Shown: piece after piece, positions 10,637 through 20,404 of the stretch
How positions within the stretch are numbered: position 1 is the first letter of the stretch
Layout of the letters: every line of letters starts with the position of its first letter
NCBI RefSeq assembly: GCF_004010195.1
Contig: NC_057754.1
Coordinates: 454,918-480,297 of the forward strand
Direction: 5' to 3'
Length of the DNA: 25,380 nt
From: Chiloscyllium plagiosum
Taxonomy: Eukaryota
Made by a program: the position numbers and the translations under genes
The notes under the pieces: generated by a model
What the model saw: only the letters and a program-made list of their open reading frames with translations
Databases searched by the model: none
What the model was told of the DNA's origin: nothing

Positions 10637-11057
10637 ATCTCTGAATGTTGCCACCCAGGTAAATAGTGCGGTGAAGAAGGCATATGGCATACTGGCTTTT
10701 ATTGGTAGAGGAATTGAGTTCCGGAACCCTGAGGTCATGTTGCAGTTGTATAAGACTCTGGTGCGGCCGCATCTGGAGTATTGTGTGCAGCTTTGGTCGC
10801 CATACTATAGAAAGGATGTGGAGGCACTGGAACGGGTGCAGAGGAGGTTTACCAGGATGTTGACTGGTATCGAGTCATGAGTTCATGGAATGCCCTGCCA
10901 GTAGCAGTGGTGGACTCTCCCTCTTTTTGGGCATTTAAACGGGCATTGCATAGGCATATGGAGGATAGTGGGCTAGTGTAGGTTAGGTGGGCTTGGATCG
11001 GCGCAACATCGAGGGCCAAAGGGCCTGTACTGCGCTGTATTTTTCTATGTTCTATGT
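10637..11057 (+). mobile_element. Young CR1 LINE 3' fragment with an internal deletion at 10870/10871
   Basis: ORF KKAYGILAFIGRGIEFRNPEVMLQLYKTLVRPHLEYCVQLWSPYYRKDVEALERVQRRFTRM is CR1 ORF2; 10871-11057 is nearly identical to the reverse complement of 3981-4170. Confidence 0.9.
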
Positions 11058-11583
11058 GCAGTATTTCACACTTGCCTGAATTAAAGGTCAAGTGCAATTT
11101 CTCATTCTTCAGTGTTGCTTTTTTCCCAGCAGAGTTCTGTTGACAATCTGCCAAAGCTAGCAAGCCATGTTTTATATTAGATCTTATTGTGTTGAATGAT
11201 CTGGCCAAACTAGCACTTTATGCTACTGGCACAATCATCCATAGCCTGAGCAGGTACATAGTGTCCTTGGCATGATGCTCCATAACAGAGTTAAATTGGT
11301 TCATCATTCTTTTGATTCAGTCTTCGCGATGCATGACTACTGTACGCCATGCACCTGTTCTTCTTGCTGTGTCACTAACACATTATCAGTAAATGAAGGT
11401 AGTGTTCCTGAAATTCTGTATTCATTGTTCTTACTTCAGAAACAGGGTAAATATTTTTAGCCCAGCAAATTGGAGCAGCAGCTATTTCCACTCCAAAATT
11501 GAATTTTCTCATACATTTTATTCCTGCCTGCTGAGTCCCCAACTATCTAAATAGCAGATATCATAATGAATGCTAAAGACAAT

Positions 11584-12231
11584 TGTTATAGACCAGGCAA
11601 GACACCCTCAAAACATTTAAAGAAAGTGACCCAGATCCTAACTTTGCTAGTTGTTTTAAGCATGCATAAAGTGGATATTCCAGAGAGATGCCACTGGTCA
11701 AATCACATAGTTTTAAACAAATCAGAGTTTATTTACAAGATTATCAAATGAAACACAAACAAAAAACAACAGAATACCGATTAACTTAACCAATTTAAAA
11801 ACCCAACAGATTGTCCCAATTTGATTCTGTTCAAAGTACTTGGAACAATCCCCATAAATACTCCTTGGCACAAAAGGTAAAATCAAGCACAGTGCGTTAT
11901 AAGAGAGATGTGTGAGAGAGAGAGAAGAGGATCAACATGGACCCGCTTCTTTGGGTCCTGCAAATTTTACAACTGCCTGACTGCTTTCAGTGAATAGTCA
12001 AACCAAATCAAACAGAGAAAAGCTGAGCTGAGAGAACTGGCTACTCCCTTTCATGTACAAGTGATTTTTTTAAAAAAAGCCTTTTGCCTGAGGCAGTATC
12101 TGTTAGCTATACTGAAATTGGCCCTAAAACCCATTCAAACCCAGAAGTTTTGGAGTCTGTGTCTTTTATGACTTCTCTTAAAAAAAAAGCCAAGGCTACC
12201 ATAACCTTGTTAAAGGAGCGGCATCATCATA
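11584..12231 (-). mobile_element. Putative solo LTR
   Basis: Starts TGTTATAGACCAG and ends about CATCATA; flanks caat/cact as an imperfect 4-bp TSD; resembles recalled shark LTR repeats; orientation inferred. Confidence 0.55.
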
Positions 12232-12699
12232 CACTGCATTCCTCATTTTCCTGGTATTGCAGATTCCAGCTCTTGATCCGTGGTTCAAATTTGTAGAAAT
12301 GAGACAGCTGGAAGATTGCTGAACATTTAATTACTGCATCTGCCAATTACCTTTTGGGTAATTTATTCCCATTCATCCTCAACATCTCTGTACTTGCTTT
12401 TCAATGACTACAAAAACGTGCAGTTATTAGGAGGTTTTGTCACTGGCCTGATCCTCATCCCCCAGCTTCCACATATCCACAGTAAAAATTTCTACCTTTT
12501 GGATGATTGGAAAATGTACATGATATTACATGCAAGATTGTAATGTCAGACTCAATTAGTAAGGGAGTCTCATTGTTATGTTGTTGTGGAACTAGAAATT
12601 AAGTAACAAGGTAAACTTCAGGCTGTGAAGGATATAGGATCTATTCATAGTTAAACCTTAAACAATATCTTCTTGTACTTGTTTATTCTTCAAGACAAA

Positions 12700-13180
12700 G
12701 ATGCCTGTGTTTATTATCTGTGGTATATAGTAGAGTTTCAGAGGTTATATAGATGACTGCAAAAAACAACTTGCATTTGCAATATTCCACAAAGAGGATA
12801 GGACCAAGATTATTTGAATTTTGGACAAATTGATTGATATCTCCTCTGCCTGCAATTCTCTCTACCTCTGATATATGCTTGGTTTCAAAAGATGCTGCAT
12901 CATTATTTATTTGGTTTTGCCAAGTGCAGGGATCATGGGCAAGCTTATCCCAGCAATCAGAAGCCGATATCAAACCTCCTCAGTGAAGCATTCAGAGTCT
13001 TGTTGAGGCATTTCATTAGAGTACCATGAAAGTACATCCCAGACTGAAGCTATCCATGGAAGATTTGCTTTAGTAAGCACATATCAGGAATTCTGCTTCT
13101 TTAACCAGACCAACTCAGTTGTGACTGACGTGGCAAGCTGGTTCAGATGAACACCTCGATATCTGATCTTTTACCCTACC
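12700..13180 (-). mobile_element. RTE-clade LINE ORF C-terminal remnant
   Basis: Minus-strand peptides LLKQIFHG*LQSG, KTLNASLRRFDI and WDKLAHDPCTWQNQINNDAASFETKHISEVER match the RTE/BovB-type pattern PKQxxYGELxxG..KDTLKxSL..WExLAxDRxxWR. Confidence 0.75.
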
Positions 13181-13609
13181 ATCTGAAGTTCAAAAGTATG
13201 AGTTTGAAGCATAAACTTGCTCTGCAGTGTTTGCTGTAACATAGCCTTATGATCATCACAAATTAAAATGAAGTAATATGCTAGCCTGCTCCAGGAAATC
13301 TCTACCTTGAAGTCAAGGATTCAGTCCTATGACTGTCAGCAGTGTCAGCAGCAGATATTTAATGAATTTGGCAGCATACTATCGAGCTGTCTACATTAAT
13401 GATGTGACACATGCATAAACATAATATCTACTTCAGATTTTGAATTAGTATTTCACAGTCTTATATAACCCCATATGAGAGATCACTAAATTTATAACTT
13501 AAATTTATACAGCACCTTTAATGAAATAGGATGTGCTTACATGGCCATTATAAACTAGAATTTAAACTGAACCACTCCTGAGGGCGATTGGTTAAAGCTT
13601 AGACAGTGC

Positions 13610-13835
13610 ATGGAAGCAGTCCCGGAGCAGCATCTGGCGCAGGGGAAGCACTCCCAGTGGAGCAGCCAGCATGGAGGAAGCAGTCCCAGAGGAATGGCCG
13701 GCACGTGGAAGCAATCCTGGGCGGAGGACAGCACAGGGAAGCTGTCCCAGAGCAGAGGCCAATGCAGGGTCAGCAGTCTTGGAGCAACAGCCAGCGTGTG
13801 GAAGCAGTCCCAGAGAAAACTTATCTTGGAGCAGC
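13610..13835 (+). repeat. Diverged 31-32-bp tandem repeat, about 7 units
   Basis: Core ggaagcagtcccagag variants at about 13612, 13644, 13676, 13707, 13737, 13769 and 13800. Confidence 0.85.
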
Positions 13836-14109
13836 TGCGAGCTGATGCTGAGCAGACTGGAGGCTTAGAACAGAGCGGGGACAGTTGTTGGACTAGGGCC
13901 TGCCACTGACAGTCATACCACATGCGGAAGCCTCTGCATTCAGCTACTGCAGTGTAATGTTTATTTGAATTTTTTATCTGACTGCAATGTCAATCCTTTA
14001 AATGCATTATTTCTAATTTATTCTTTAAACTCTAAAGTAATGCAACTACTTTTTTTATTCCCCTTTTGTATTTAAGATTTGTACCTAAGATGGCGCCATA
14101 ACAGATTGT

Positions 14110-14212
14110 AAGACCATAAGAAATAGGAGTGGAAGTAAGGCCGTCCGGCCTATCGAGTCCACTCCACCATTCATTCATGGCTGATGGGCATTTCAGTGCC
14201 ACTTACCCACAC
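14110..14212 (-). mobile_element. Short CR1 3'-end fragment nested in element B
   Basis: aagaccataagaaataggagtggaagtaaggcc...ccaccattcattcatggctgat. Confidence 0.75.
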
Positions 14213-14819
14213 TGGTGACATTATAAAACTTTTCACTGTACTTGAGAATACATGACAATAAAGGATTTTCTATTCTATTCTATTTTAGGTTTTAAGGAGC
14301 ATCATGGAGGAAGGGATAGAGAGATTCAAAGTTCTGACAGTTTAAGGAGAGAATGCCAAAGGTTCATAGCTTGTCAGCTGAAGGCACAAATGCTAGACAA
14401 ACAAAAATGGATTGTAGGAAGGGAGATGATAAACGAGACTGTGATAGTTAAGGCCATGGAGGAATTTGAAAACAGAACAAGTAATTTAAAATGGAGAGTA
14501 TTTCTTAAATGGAGTAGGTGCAGATCAGCGAGTACAGAAGTATCTGGGACTTGGTATAAGTTAGGTATGAACAGCAGAATTTTTGATAACAGTTTATGGA
14601 CGGTAGGTTGTTGGAGGCCAGCCCTGAATAGTCATCTCTTGAGGCAACAAAGGTATGCCTAGGGAACTGAAGGACTGAAGACAATGATTGATGTCCGCAG
14701 TATTTTGTCAGAAGAAATTCTGCTTATCTATTACTTGCAGTTGGATAACTGGTGAGACAAATTTGAGAATCTTGATAAATTTTAATTGAGCTACTTAAAG
14801 ATTAATGTGTGTTGTGAAA

Positions 14820-14945
14820 TAGAATTAATGGAATGTTTATGGCACATAGAGAGGCCACTTGCACCACCATGTCTGATATGGCTGGAAAATAAACCACCTA
14901 ACCTAATCCCAATTTCCAACATTTGGTCCATATCACTGCCGGTTG
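14820..14945 (-). mobile_element. CR1 3'-end fragment
   Basis: tatggcacatagagaggccac...ctaatcccaatttccaacatttggtccata. Confidence 0.55.
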
Positions 14946-15293
14946 GAAATTAAAACAACTAATGTATTTATACAGTGGATTAGAGAATGCAGTTTGAAAA
15001 TGTACAACTCCATCAAAGCCTTAAATATTAGAGTAAATTTAAATTTTGCAGAGTGGTCTTGCATAGCAGAACCTACTTCACTGTCTCAAAGCCAATCTAA
15101 AAATAGTGCAGAAAATAGGGCCACAGGAATATGTTCAGATCAGCTTAAACACATGGCTTGTGGGACATAAAGGTTCTTATGCTGCTGGAATATTTGATAA
15201 TCAATGGTGAAAACATGGAAATGGATAAATATTCAGCAGTTTACTTGAATGTGTGACTATCAGTGAACATATTTTTGCAAGTCTTTTCGAAAA

Positions 15294-15326
15294 TTAAATA
15301 CCAGGTATAGTCATTTGTGCCTCAGC
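15294..15326 (-). CDS. Candidate terminal coding exon (AEAQMTIPGI*), phase-compatible with 15515-15587
   Basis: Acceptor atttgctcctttcag, phase-0 reading to TAA; 188-bp intron to the upstream candidate exon; lies in non-repeat sequence. Confidence 0.35.
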   Translation of the reverse strand, partial: AEAQMTIPGI

Positions 15327-15514
15327 CTGAAAGGAGCAAATGGTTTATTTCCAAACAAGGAATGTCAGCTATATGGCAATTCTGTCAAGTTCTTGTGGTC
15401 CTTTTTTCACACTTTTTCTCATTCTTGTTTATGAAGAAAACATCATCACATGTGATTTATCTGATTTTATTTATTAACTAAATAATTAAAGAGTATTTAA
15501 ACAAGTTCAATTAC

Positions 15515-15587
15515 TCGTGGCTTATATTCATTTCTGTCTCTTTTGCATTTTCCTGGGTATTTGATTTTGATTTTTAAACCTTTTACC
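15515..15587 (-). CDS. Candidate internal exon resembling the C-terminal segment of a Kazal domain (SPINK-like): xVKGLKIKIKYPGKCKRDRNEYKPR
   Basis: Strong acceptor ttccattttctttcag, donor CGA|gtaatt, 73 bp with one open frame (phase 2 in, phase 0 out); IKIKYPGKC fits the Kazal ending I-x-I-x-x-x-G-x-C. Confidence 0.45.
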
Positions 15588-15786
15588 CTGAAAGAAAATG
15601 GAAGTTGTTAGCTGTTTTGTTCAAATCAGGATAATGAACATTGCTACATCCCCCCCACCACCCTGTAACTTCAGAATACTAATATTAATACAATTCAAGC
15701 CTTTTGTTAATGTGATTGTTTAGCCTTTTCTATCTTTCCTCAAGGTCTTTCTCAGCAGTAGGAATATACAAACATATGAATTAGGA

Positions 15787-15940
15787 TGTGGAGGAGTTGG
15801 TGTTGGACTAGGGTAGACAAGGTTAAAAATCACACAACGCCAATTATAATCCAACCACCTGATAAAGGAGCAGTGCTCCAAAAGCTAGTGCTTTCAAATA
15901 AACCTGTTGGACTATAAACTGGTGTTGTGTGATTTTTAAC
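15787..15940. mobile_element. 154-bp inverted (tails-out) Penelope-like 3'-end insertion with a 14-bp TSD
   Basis: gttaaaaatcacacaacgcca (15822-15842) mirrors tggtgttgtgtgatttttaac (15920-15940); TSD catatgaattagga (15773-15786) / catatgagttagga (15941-15954); contains a hammerhead-like motif. Confidence 0.75.
15856..15890 (+). ncRNA. Degenerate minimal hammerhead ribozyme motif
   Basis: CAC CTGATAA A GGAGC-AGT-GCTCC AAAA GCTA GTG: stem I CAC/GTG, 5-bp stem II, palindromic AGCT; two G>A changes in the core. Confidence 0.6.
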
Positions 15941-16490
15941 CATATGAGTTAGGAGTAAGAATACACCAATTATCCCCTCAGTTTTGCACTGCCATTCAGT
16001 TAAATTGTGGTTGATCTGGTTGTAATCTGAGCTGGACATGCTCGCCTACTGCCTCATAAATTTTCACCCTCTTACTTACGAAGGATCTATCTAACACTGT
16101 CTTAAGGAAGTGAGTTCCAAGGTCTAGACGTAAAGAAGTGTAGTATAATCTTTTCTCTAGTTGATTCAAATGTGCTGCACTAAGAAACTACCTTGAAAGC
16201 ATTCTATGAACTTCTCATCCAGACTGCCTGTGCCAATCTGATTTTTACAATTTATATGTAAATTCAAGTTGCTTATGATTGTTGTAATCCTTTTATCACA
16301 AGCAGCCAATATTTCTTCTTGTTTAGTTTGTCCTGCATTGTGGTTACTGGTGAGGACCTCCAAACTATTTCCATTAGTGAATCTTCTTCCCTACTATTCT
16401 TCATCTCTACCCGAACCAAGTGTACAATCCTGATTTCCTGAACAAAGGTAATCTCTAACTATTGCGCAAATGACATCTTTGATTAACAGT

Positions 16491-16833
16491 GGATTGGACA
16501 CTCTGGAGGCAGGAAACATGTTTCCGCTGATGGGTGAGTGCCGAACCAAGGACACACCTTAAAAATACGGGGTAGACCATTTAGGACAGAGATGAGGAGA
16601 AACCTCTTCACCCAGAGAGTGGTGGCTGTGTGGAATGTTCTGCCCCAGAGGGCAGTGGAGGCCCAGTCTCTGGATTAATTGAAGAAACAGTTGGATAGAG
16701 CTCTCAAGGATAGTGGAATCAAGGGTTATGGAGATAAGGCAGGAACAGGATACTGATTAAGGATGATCAGCCATTATCATATTAAATGGTGGTGCAGGCT
16801 CGAAGGGCAGAATGGCCTACTCCTGCACCTATT
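16491..16833 (+). mobile_element. Young 5'-truncated CR1 3' end; its tail completes at 18709-18735
   Basis: aggacagagatgaggagaaacctcttcacccagagagtggtggctgtgtggaatg (RTEMRRNLFTQRVVAVWN); 3' motif gaagggcagaatggcctactcctgcacctatt. Confidence 0.9.
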
Positions 16834-17727
16834 TCTGGATTAGTGGTGCTGGAAGAGCACAGCAGTTCAGGCAGCATCCGAGGAACAGTAAAATCGATGT
16901 TTCGGGCAAAAGCCCTTCATCAGGAATAAAGACAGAGAGCCTGAAGCGTGGAGAGATAAGCTATAGGAGGGTGGGGGTGGGGAGAAAGTAGCATAGAGTA
17001 CAATGGGTGAGTGGGGGAGGGGATGAAGGTGATAGGACAGGGNNNNNNNNNNNNNNNNNNNNNNNNNNNNNNNNNNNNNNNNNNNNNNNNNNNNNNNNNN
17101 NNNNNNNNNNNNNNNNNNNNNNNNNNNNNNNNNNNNNNNNNNNNTCCAGTCTCCGCAATGTAGAGGAGACCGCATCGGGAGCAACGGATACAATAAATGA
17201 TATTGGTGGATGTGCAGGTAAAACTTTGATGGATGTGGAAGGCTCCTTTAGGGCCTTGGATGGAGGTGAGGGAGGAGGTGTGGGCGCAGGTTTTGCAGTT
17301 CCTGCGGTGGCAGGGGAAGGTGCCAGGATGGGAGGATGGGTTGTAGGGGGGCGTGGACCTGACCAGGTATTCACGGAGCGAACGGTCTTTGCGGAAGGCG
17401 GAAAGGGGTGGGGAAGGAAATATATCTCTGGTGGTGGAGTCCTTTTGGAGGTGGCGGACATGTCGGCGGATGATTTGGTTTATGCGGAGGTTGGTGGGGT
17501 GGAAGGTGAGCACCACGGGTGTTCTGTCCTTGTTACGGTTGGAGGGGTGGGGTCTGAGGGCGGAGGTGCAGGATGTAGACGAGGGCATCTTTAACCACGT
17601 GGGAAGAGAAATTGCGGTCTCTAAAGAAGGAGGCCATCTGGTGTGTTCTGTGGTGGAACTGGTCTTCCTGGGAGCAGATACGGCAGAGGCGGAGGAATTG
17701 GGAATACAGGATGGCATTTTTGCAAGA
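16834..17727 (-). mobile_element. Penelope-like element, left arm of inverted pair (RT C-terminus, GIY-YIG endonuclease, 3' end)
   Basis: ORF 16920-17717: VLTFHPTNLRINQII...GTFPCHRRNCKTC...FTCTSTNIIYCIRCSRCGLLYIAETG, the GIY-YIG signature with upstream Cys motif. Confidence 0.92.
16896..16923 (-). ncRNA. Minimal hammerhead ribozyme motif in PLE 3' end
   Basis: Reverse complement CTGATGA A GGGC-TTTT-GCCC GAAA CATC. Confidence 0.7.
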
Positions 17728-18708
17728 CCGACTTGACACTGACATTTTTTACAAACCCACCGACTCCCACATCTACCTGGATTAAACCTCTTCCCACCCT
17801 ACCTCTTGCAAAAATGCCCTCCCGTATTCCCAATTCCTCCGCCTCCGCCGTATCTGCTCCCAGGAGGACCAGTTCCACCACAGAACACACCAGATGGCCT
17901 CCTTCTTTCGAGACCGCAATTTCCCTTCCCACATGGTTAAAGATGCCCTCCAACGCATCTCGTCTACATCCCGCACCTCCGCCCTCAGGCCCCACCCCTC
18001 CAACCTGTAACAAGGACAGAACGCCCCTGGTGTTCACCTTGCACCCCACCAACCTTCGCATAAACCAAATCATCCGCCAACATTTCCACCACCTCCAAAA
18101 AGACTCCACCACCAGAGATATATTTCCCTCCCCACCCCTTTCCNNNNNNNNNNNNNNNNNNNNNNNNNNNNNNNNNNNNNNNNNNNNNNNNNNNNNNNNN
18201 NNNNNNNNNNNNNNNNNNNNNNNNNNNNNNNNNNNNNNNNNNNNNNNNNNNNNNNNNNNNNNNNNNNNNNNNNNNNNNNNNNNNNNNNNNNNNNNNNNNN
18301 NNNNNNNNNNNNNNNNNNNNNNNNNNNNNNNNNNNNNNNNNNNNNNNNNNNNNNNNNNNNNNNNNNNNNNNNNNNNNNNNNNNNNNNNNNNNNNNNNNNN
18401 NNNNNNNNNNNNNNNNNNNNNNNNNNNNNNNNNNNNNNNNNNNNNNNNNNNNNNNNNNNNNNNNNNNNNNNNNNNNNNNNNNNNCTCCCCCACTGACCTA
18501 TTGTACTCTATGCCACTCTCTCCCCACCCCCACCCTCCTCTAGCTTATCTCTCCACGTTTCAGGCTCTCTGCCTTTATTCCTGATGAAGGGCTTTTGCCC
18601 GAAACGTCGATTTTACTGTTCCTCGGATGCTGCCTGAACTGCTGTGCTCTTCCAGCACCTCTAATTCAGAATCTGGTTTTCCAGCATCTGCAGTCATTGT
18701 TTTTACCA
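17726..18708 (+). mobile_element. Penelope-like element, right arm of inverted pair
   Basis: Begins DRLDTDIFYKPTDSHIYLD and mirrors the left arm from 17804. The whole pair is flanked by the perfect 15-bp TSD actcctgcacctatt (16819-16833, 18709-18723). Confidence 0.92.
18581..18608 (+). ncRNA. Minimal hammerhead ribozyme motif with intact core
   Basis: CTGATGA A GGGC-TTTT-GCCC GAAA CGTC; palindromic ACGT in place of stem III and a GUC cleavage triplet; stem I weak (ATTC/GATT). Confidence 0.75.
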
Positions 18709-18823
18709 ACTCCTGCACCTATTGTCTATTGTGTCAACTCTCCACCTTTACTTAGCTTCCTATTCCTCATAAATATTTTATATTCATGGCATTATCCTGT
18801 CATCTTGCACTAAATTTCCAAAA

Positions 18824-19104
18824 TGGCACGGTGGCACAGTGGTTAGCACTGTTGCCTCACAGCGCCAGGGACCTGGATTCAATTCCAACCTAAGGTGACT
18901 GTGTGGAGTTTGCATATTCTCCCTGTGCCTGCATTGGTTTGTTCCGGTTTCCTCCCACAGTCCAAAGATGTGCAGGTGAGGTAAATTGGTCATGCTAAAC
19001 TGCCTGTAGAGTTAGGGGGTATGGGTCTGGGTGGGTTATACTTCAGAGGGTTGGTGTGGACTAGTTGGGCCAAAAAGGCCTGTTTCCACACTATAGGTAA
19101 TTAA
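18824..19104 (+). mobile_element. HE1-type V-SINE
   Basis: tggcacagtggttagcactgttgcctcacagcgccagggacctggattcaattcc...gtgtggagtttgcatattctccc. Confidence 0.9.
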
Positions 19105-19109
19105 TTTAA

Positions 19110-19800
19110 TATATTTATTTACTTCAATGTGTACTATCAATTTGTTTACTTTTTTACGAATGTTACACACAATCAGATATAGGGCCTTTAGTTTTGTCTT
19201 TCTGTTATTTTTGAAATGTCTACTGTTGATTATTGATGCATTTTTGTGTCCTTTCCTGCTGTTCTCTGGCCCTTATTTCCCATTTAACTGCTTTCCTCTC
19301 TTGTCTCTACTCTTTGAGAAACCACACTTTTTCATATTTGATTCCTTGCCCCCACTAATTAGATTAAAGCTCTCTCTACATGCCTAGTTGTATGATTTGT
19401 AAGAACACTAGTCTCAGCACAGTTCACGTGTAGATCATCCCAACCAATTGTTGCCAATGAGTTATGTACCAGAATGCACGTCTTCTACACTTTGTACCAA
19501 ACATTCATCTCTAATTTTATATGTCCTATGCAAATTTGCATGCAGCTCAGGTAATAAGTGAGAAATTATAATTTATCAGATTCTGCTCTTTAATTTAGTG
19601 CCTAATACATCTCATACTTTTTATGCAGAACCTCTTTCCTAGTTTTACCCATGTTGTTAGTACTCACGACCACTGAATCTTCTACTTTTCACGGCAAATT
19701 CTTCTGGAGTCCTGAACAATTGTCCAAGCAGGCAACACATCAGTATGAAATCCTGTTCTTTGTTGCTGAGAACAGTGAACATTCCCTTCACTATACAACC
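19110..19800 (-). mobile_element. Decayed CR1-like upstream region
   Basis: Recalled reversed CR1 motifs (ccccactaattagattaaagctctctctaca, agaacactagtctcagcacagttca, gcatgcagctcaggtaataa). Confidence 0.5.
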
Positions 19801-19839
19801 CCCAGCCTCTAAATTTCTGGTTGCCCCCTCCCCAAACTT

Positions 19840-20325
19840 TGGAACTCAAGGTGTGGTCGAACCAGTACTCTATATAAATGAAACATAACTTCCCTCATTT
19901 TGTATTCAATTCTCCTAGAAATAAATGATAGCATCTATTAGCTTTCCTAATAACTTGCTGTACCTATATATTAACCTTTGAAATTTTGGGATACCCAAAT
20001 CCCTCTGCATCTCAGAGCTCTACACTCTTTCTCCATTGAGATAATGTGCTTCTTTATTGGTCTTCTTGTTAAAATGGACAGTTTCACACACAATATTCCA
20101 CTTCCAAGATCTTTGCCCACTCACCTAACCTGTCCATTTCCCCTGACACCCCTTCACAATACACTCTCCTACCAATCTTTGTGTCTGCAGCAGATTTCAC
20201 AATCATACCTTCAGTCCTTAATCCAAGTCATTTATTAAATTATAAAGAGTTGAGGAACCATCAGTGATCACTGTGGCACACCCTCAGTACATCTTGCCAA
20301 CCTGTTAGATAGCCGGCCTTCTATG
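19840..20325 (-). mobile_element. Decayed CR1 RT fragment
   Basis: accaatctttgtgtctgcagcagattt (reversed ADDTKIG-like); gatacccaaatccctctgcat (reversed QRDLG). Confidence 0.7.
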
Positions 20326-20340
20326 TGTGCAAATATAAAT

Positions 20341-20402
20341 CCCACCTCCTCTCCTCTCCCCCCCCCCCGCCACCCCACACACACACACACACACACACAC
20401 AC
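20341..20402 (+). repeat. C-rich tract plus (AC)n microsatellite
   Basis: Direct reading. Confidence 0.9.
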
Positions 20403-20404
20403 GT

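Larger units (their letters stand above)
13545..14285 (+). mobile_element. Unclassified non-autonomous element, copy B, containing a minisatellite and a nested CR1 tail
   Basis: 3' end tttgtacctaagatggcgcc...ggtgacattataaaacttttcactgtacttgagaatacatgacaataaa followed by (ttcta)n; 5' boundary uncertain. Confidence 0.55.
13495..14760 (-). mobile_element. Old L2-type LINE remnant interrupted by the 13545-14285 insertion
   Basis: Reversed tail atttatacagcacctttaatg at about 13505; resumes at 14287 with ggttttaaggagcatc...cagctgaaggcac (recalled L2-like 3' region). Confidence 0.55.
15765..16490 (-). mobile_element. Old CR1 LINE (3' end, then endonuclease region), probably continuing at 18736-18823 and 19110-19800
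   Basis: Minus ORF 16166-16363 contains NLNLHINCKNQIGTGSLDEKFIECFQGSFLVQHI (CR1 endonuclease GDFNLHI..F.EC...FL.Q.V); reversed tail catatgaattaggag. Confidence 0.75.

Noticed and set aside
11130..11253. Plus-strand exon candidate with a strong acceptor and CAG|GTACAT
   Set aside because: All frames closed and adjacent sequence looks like decayed antisense CR1
12240..12420. Faint resemblance to a PLE GIY-YIG region
   Set aside because: Too decayed to call without an alignment
13555..13923. Four overlapping ORFs, or a CRISPR-like array
   Set aside because: Explained by a stop-poor tandem repeat; no constant repeat with unique spacers, no cas genes, vertebrate DNA
14943..15210. Plus-strand ORF/exon candidate
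   Set aside because: No homology recognised; more simply the antisense of the putative 3' UTR of the Kazal-like exons
16867..18584. Long ORFs of 108-313 aa as host genes
   Set aside because: Inflated by N runs and by alternative or antisense frames of C-rich PLE sequence
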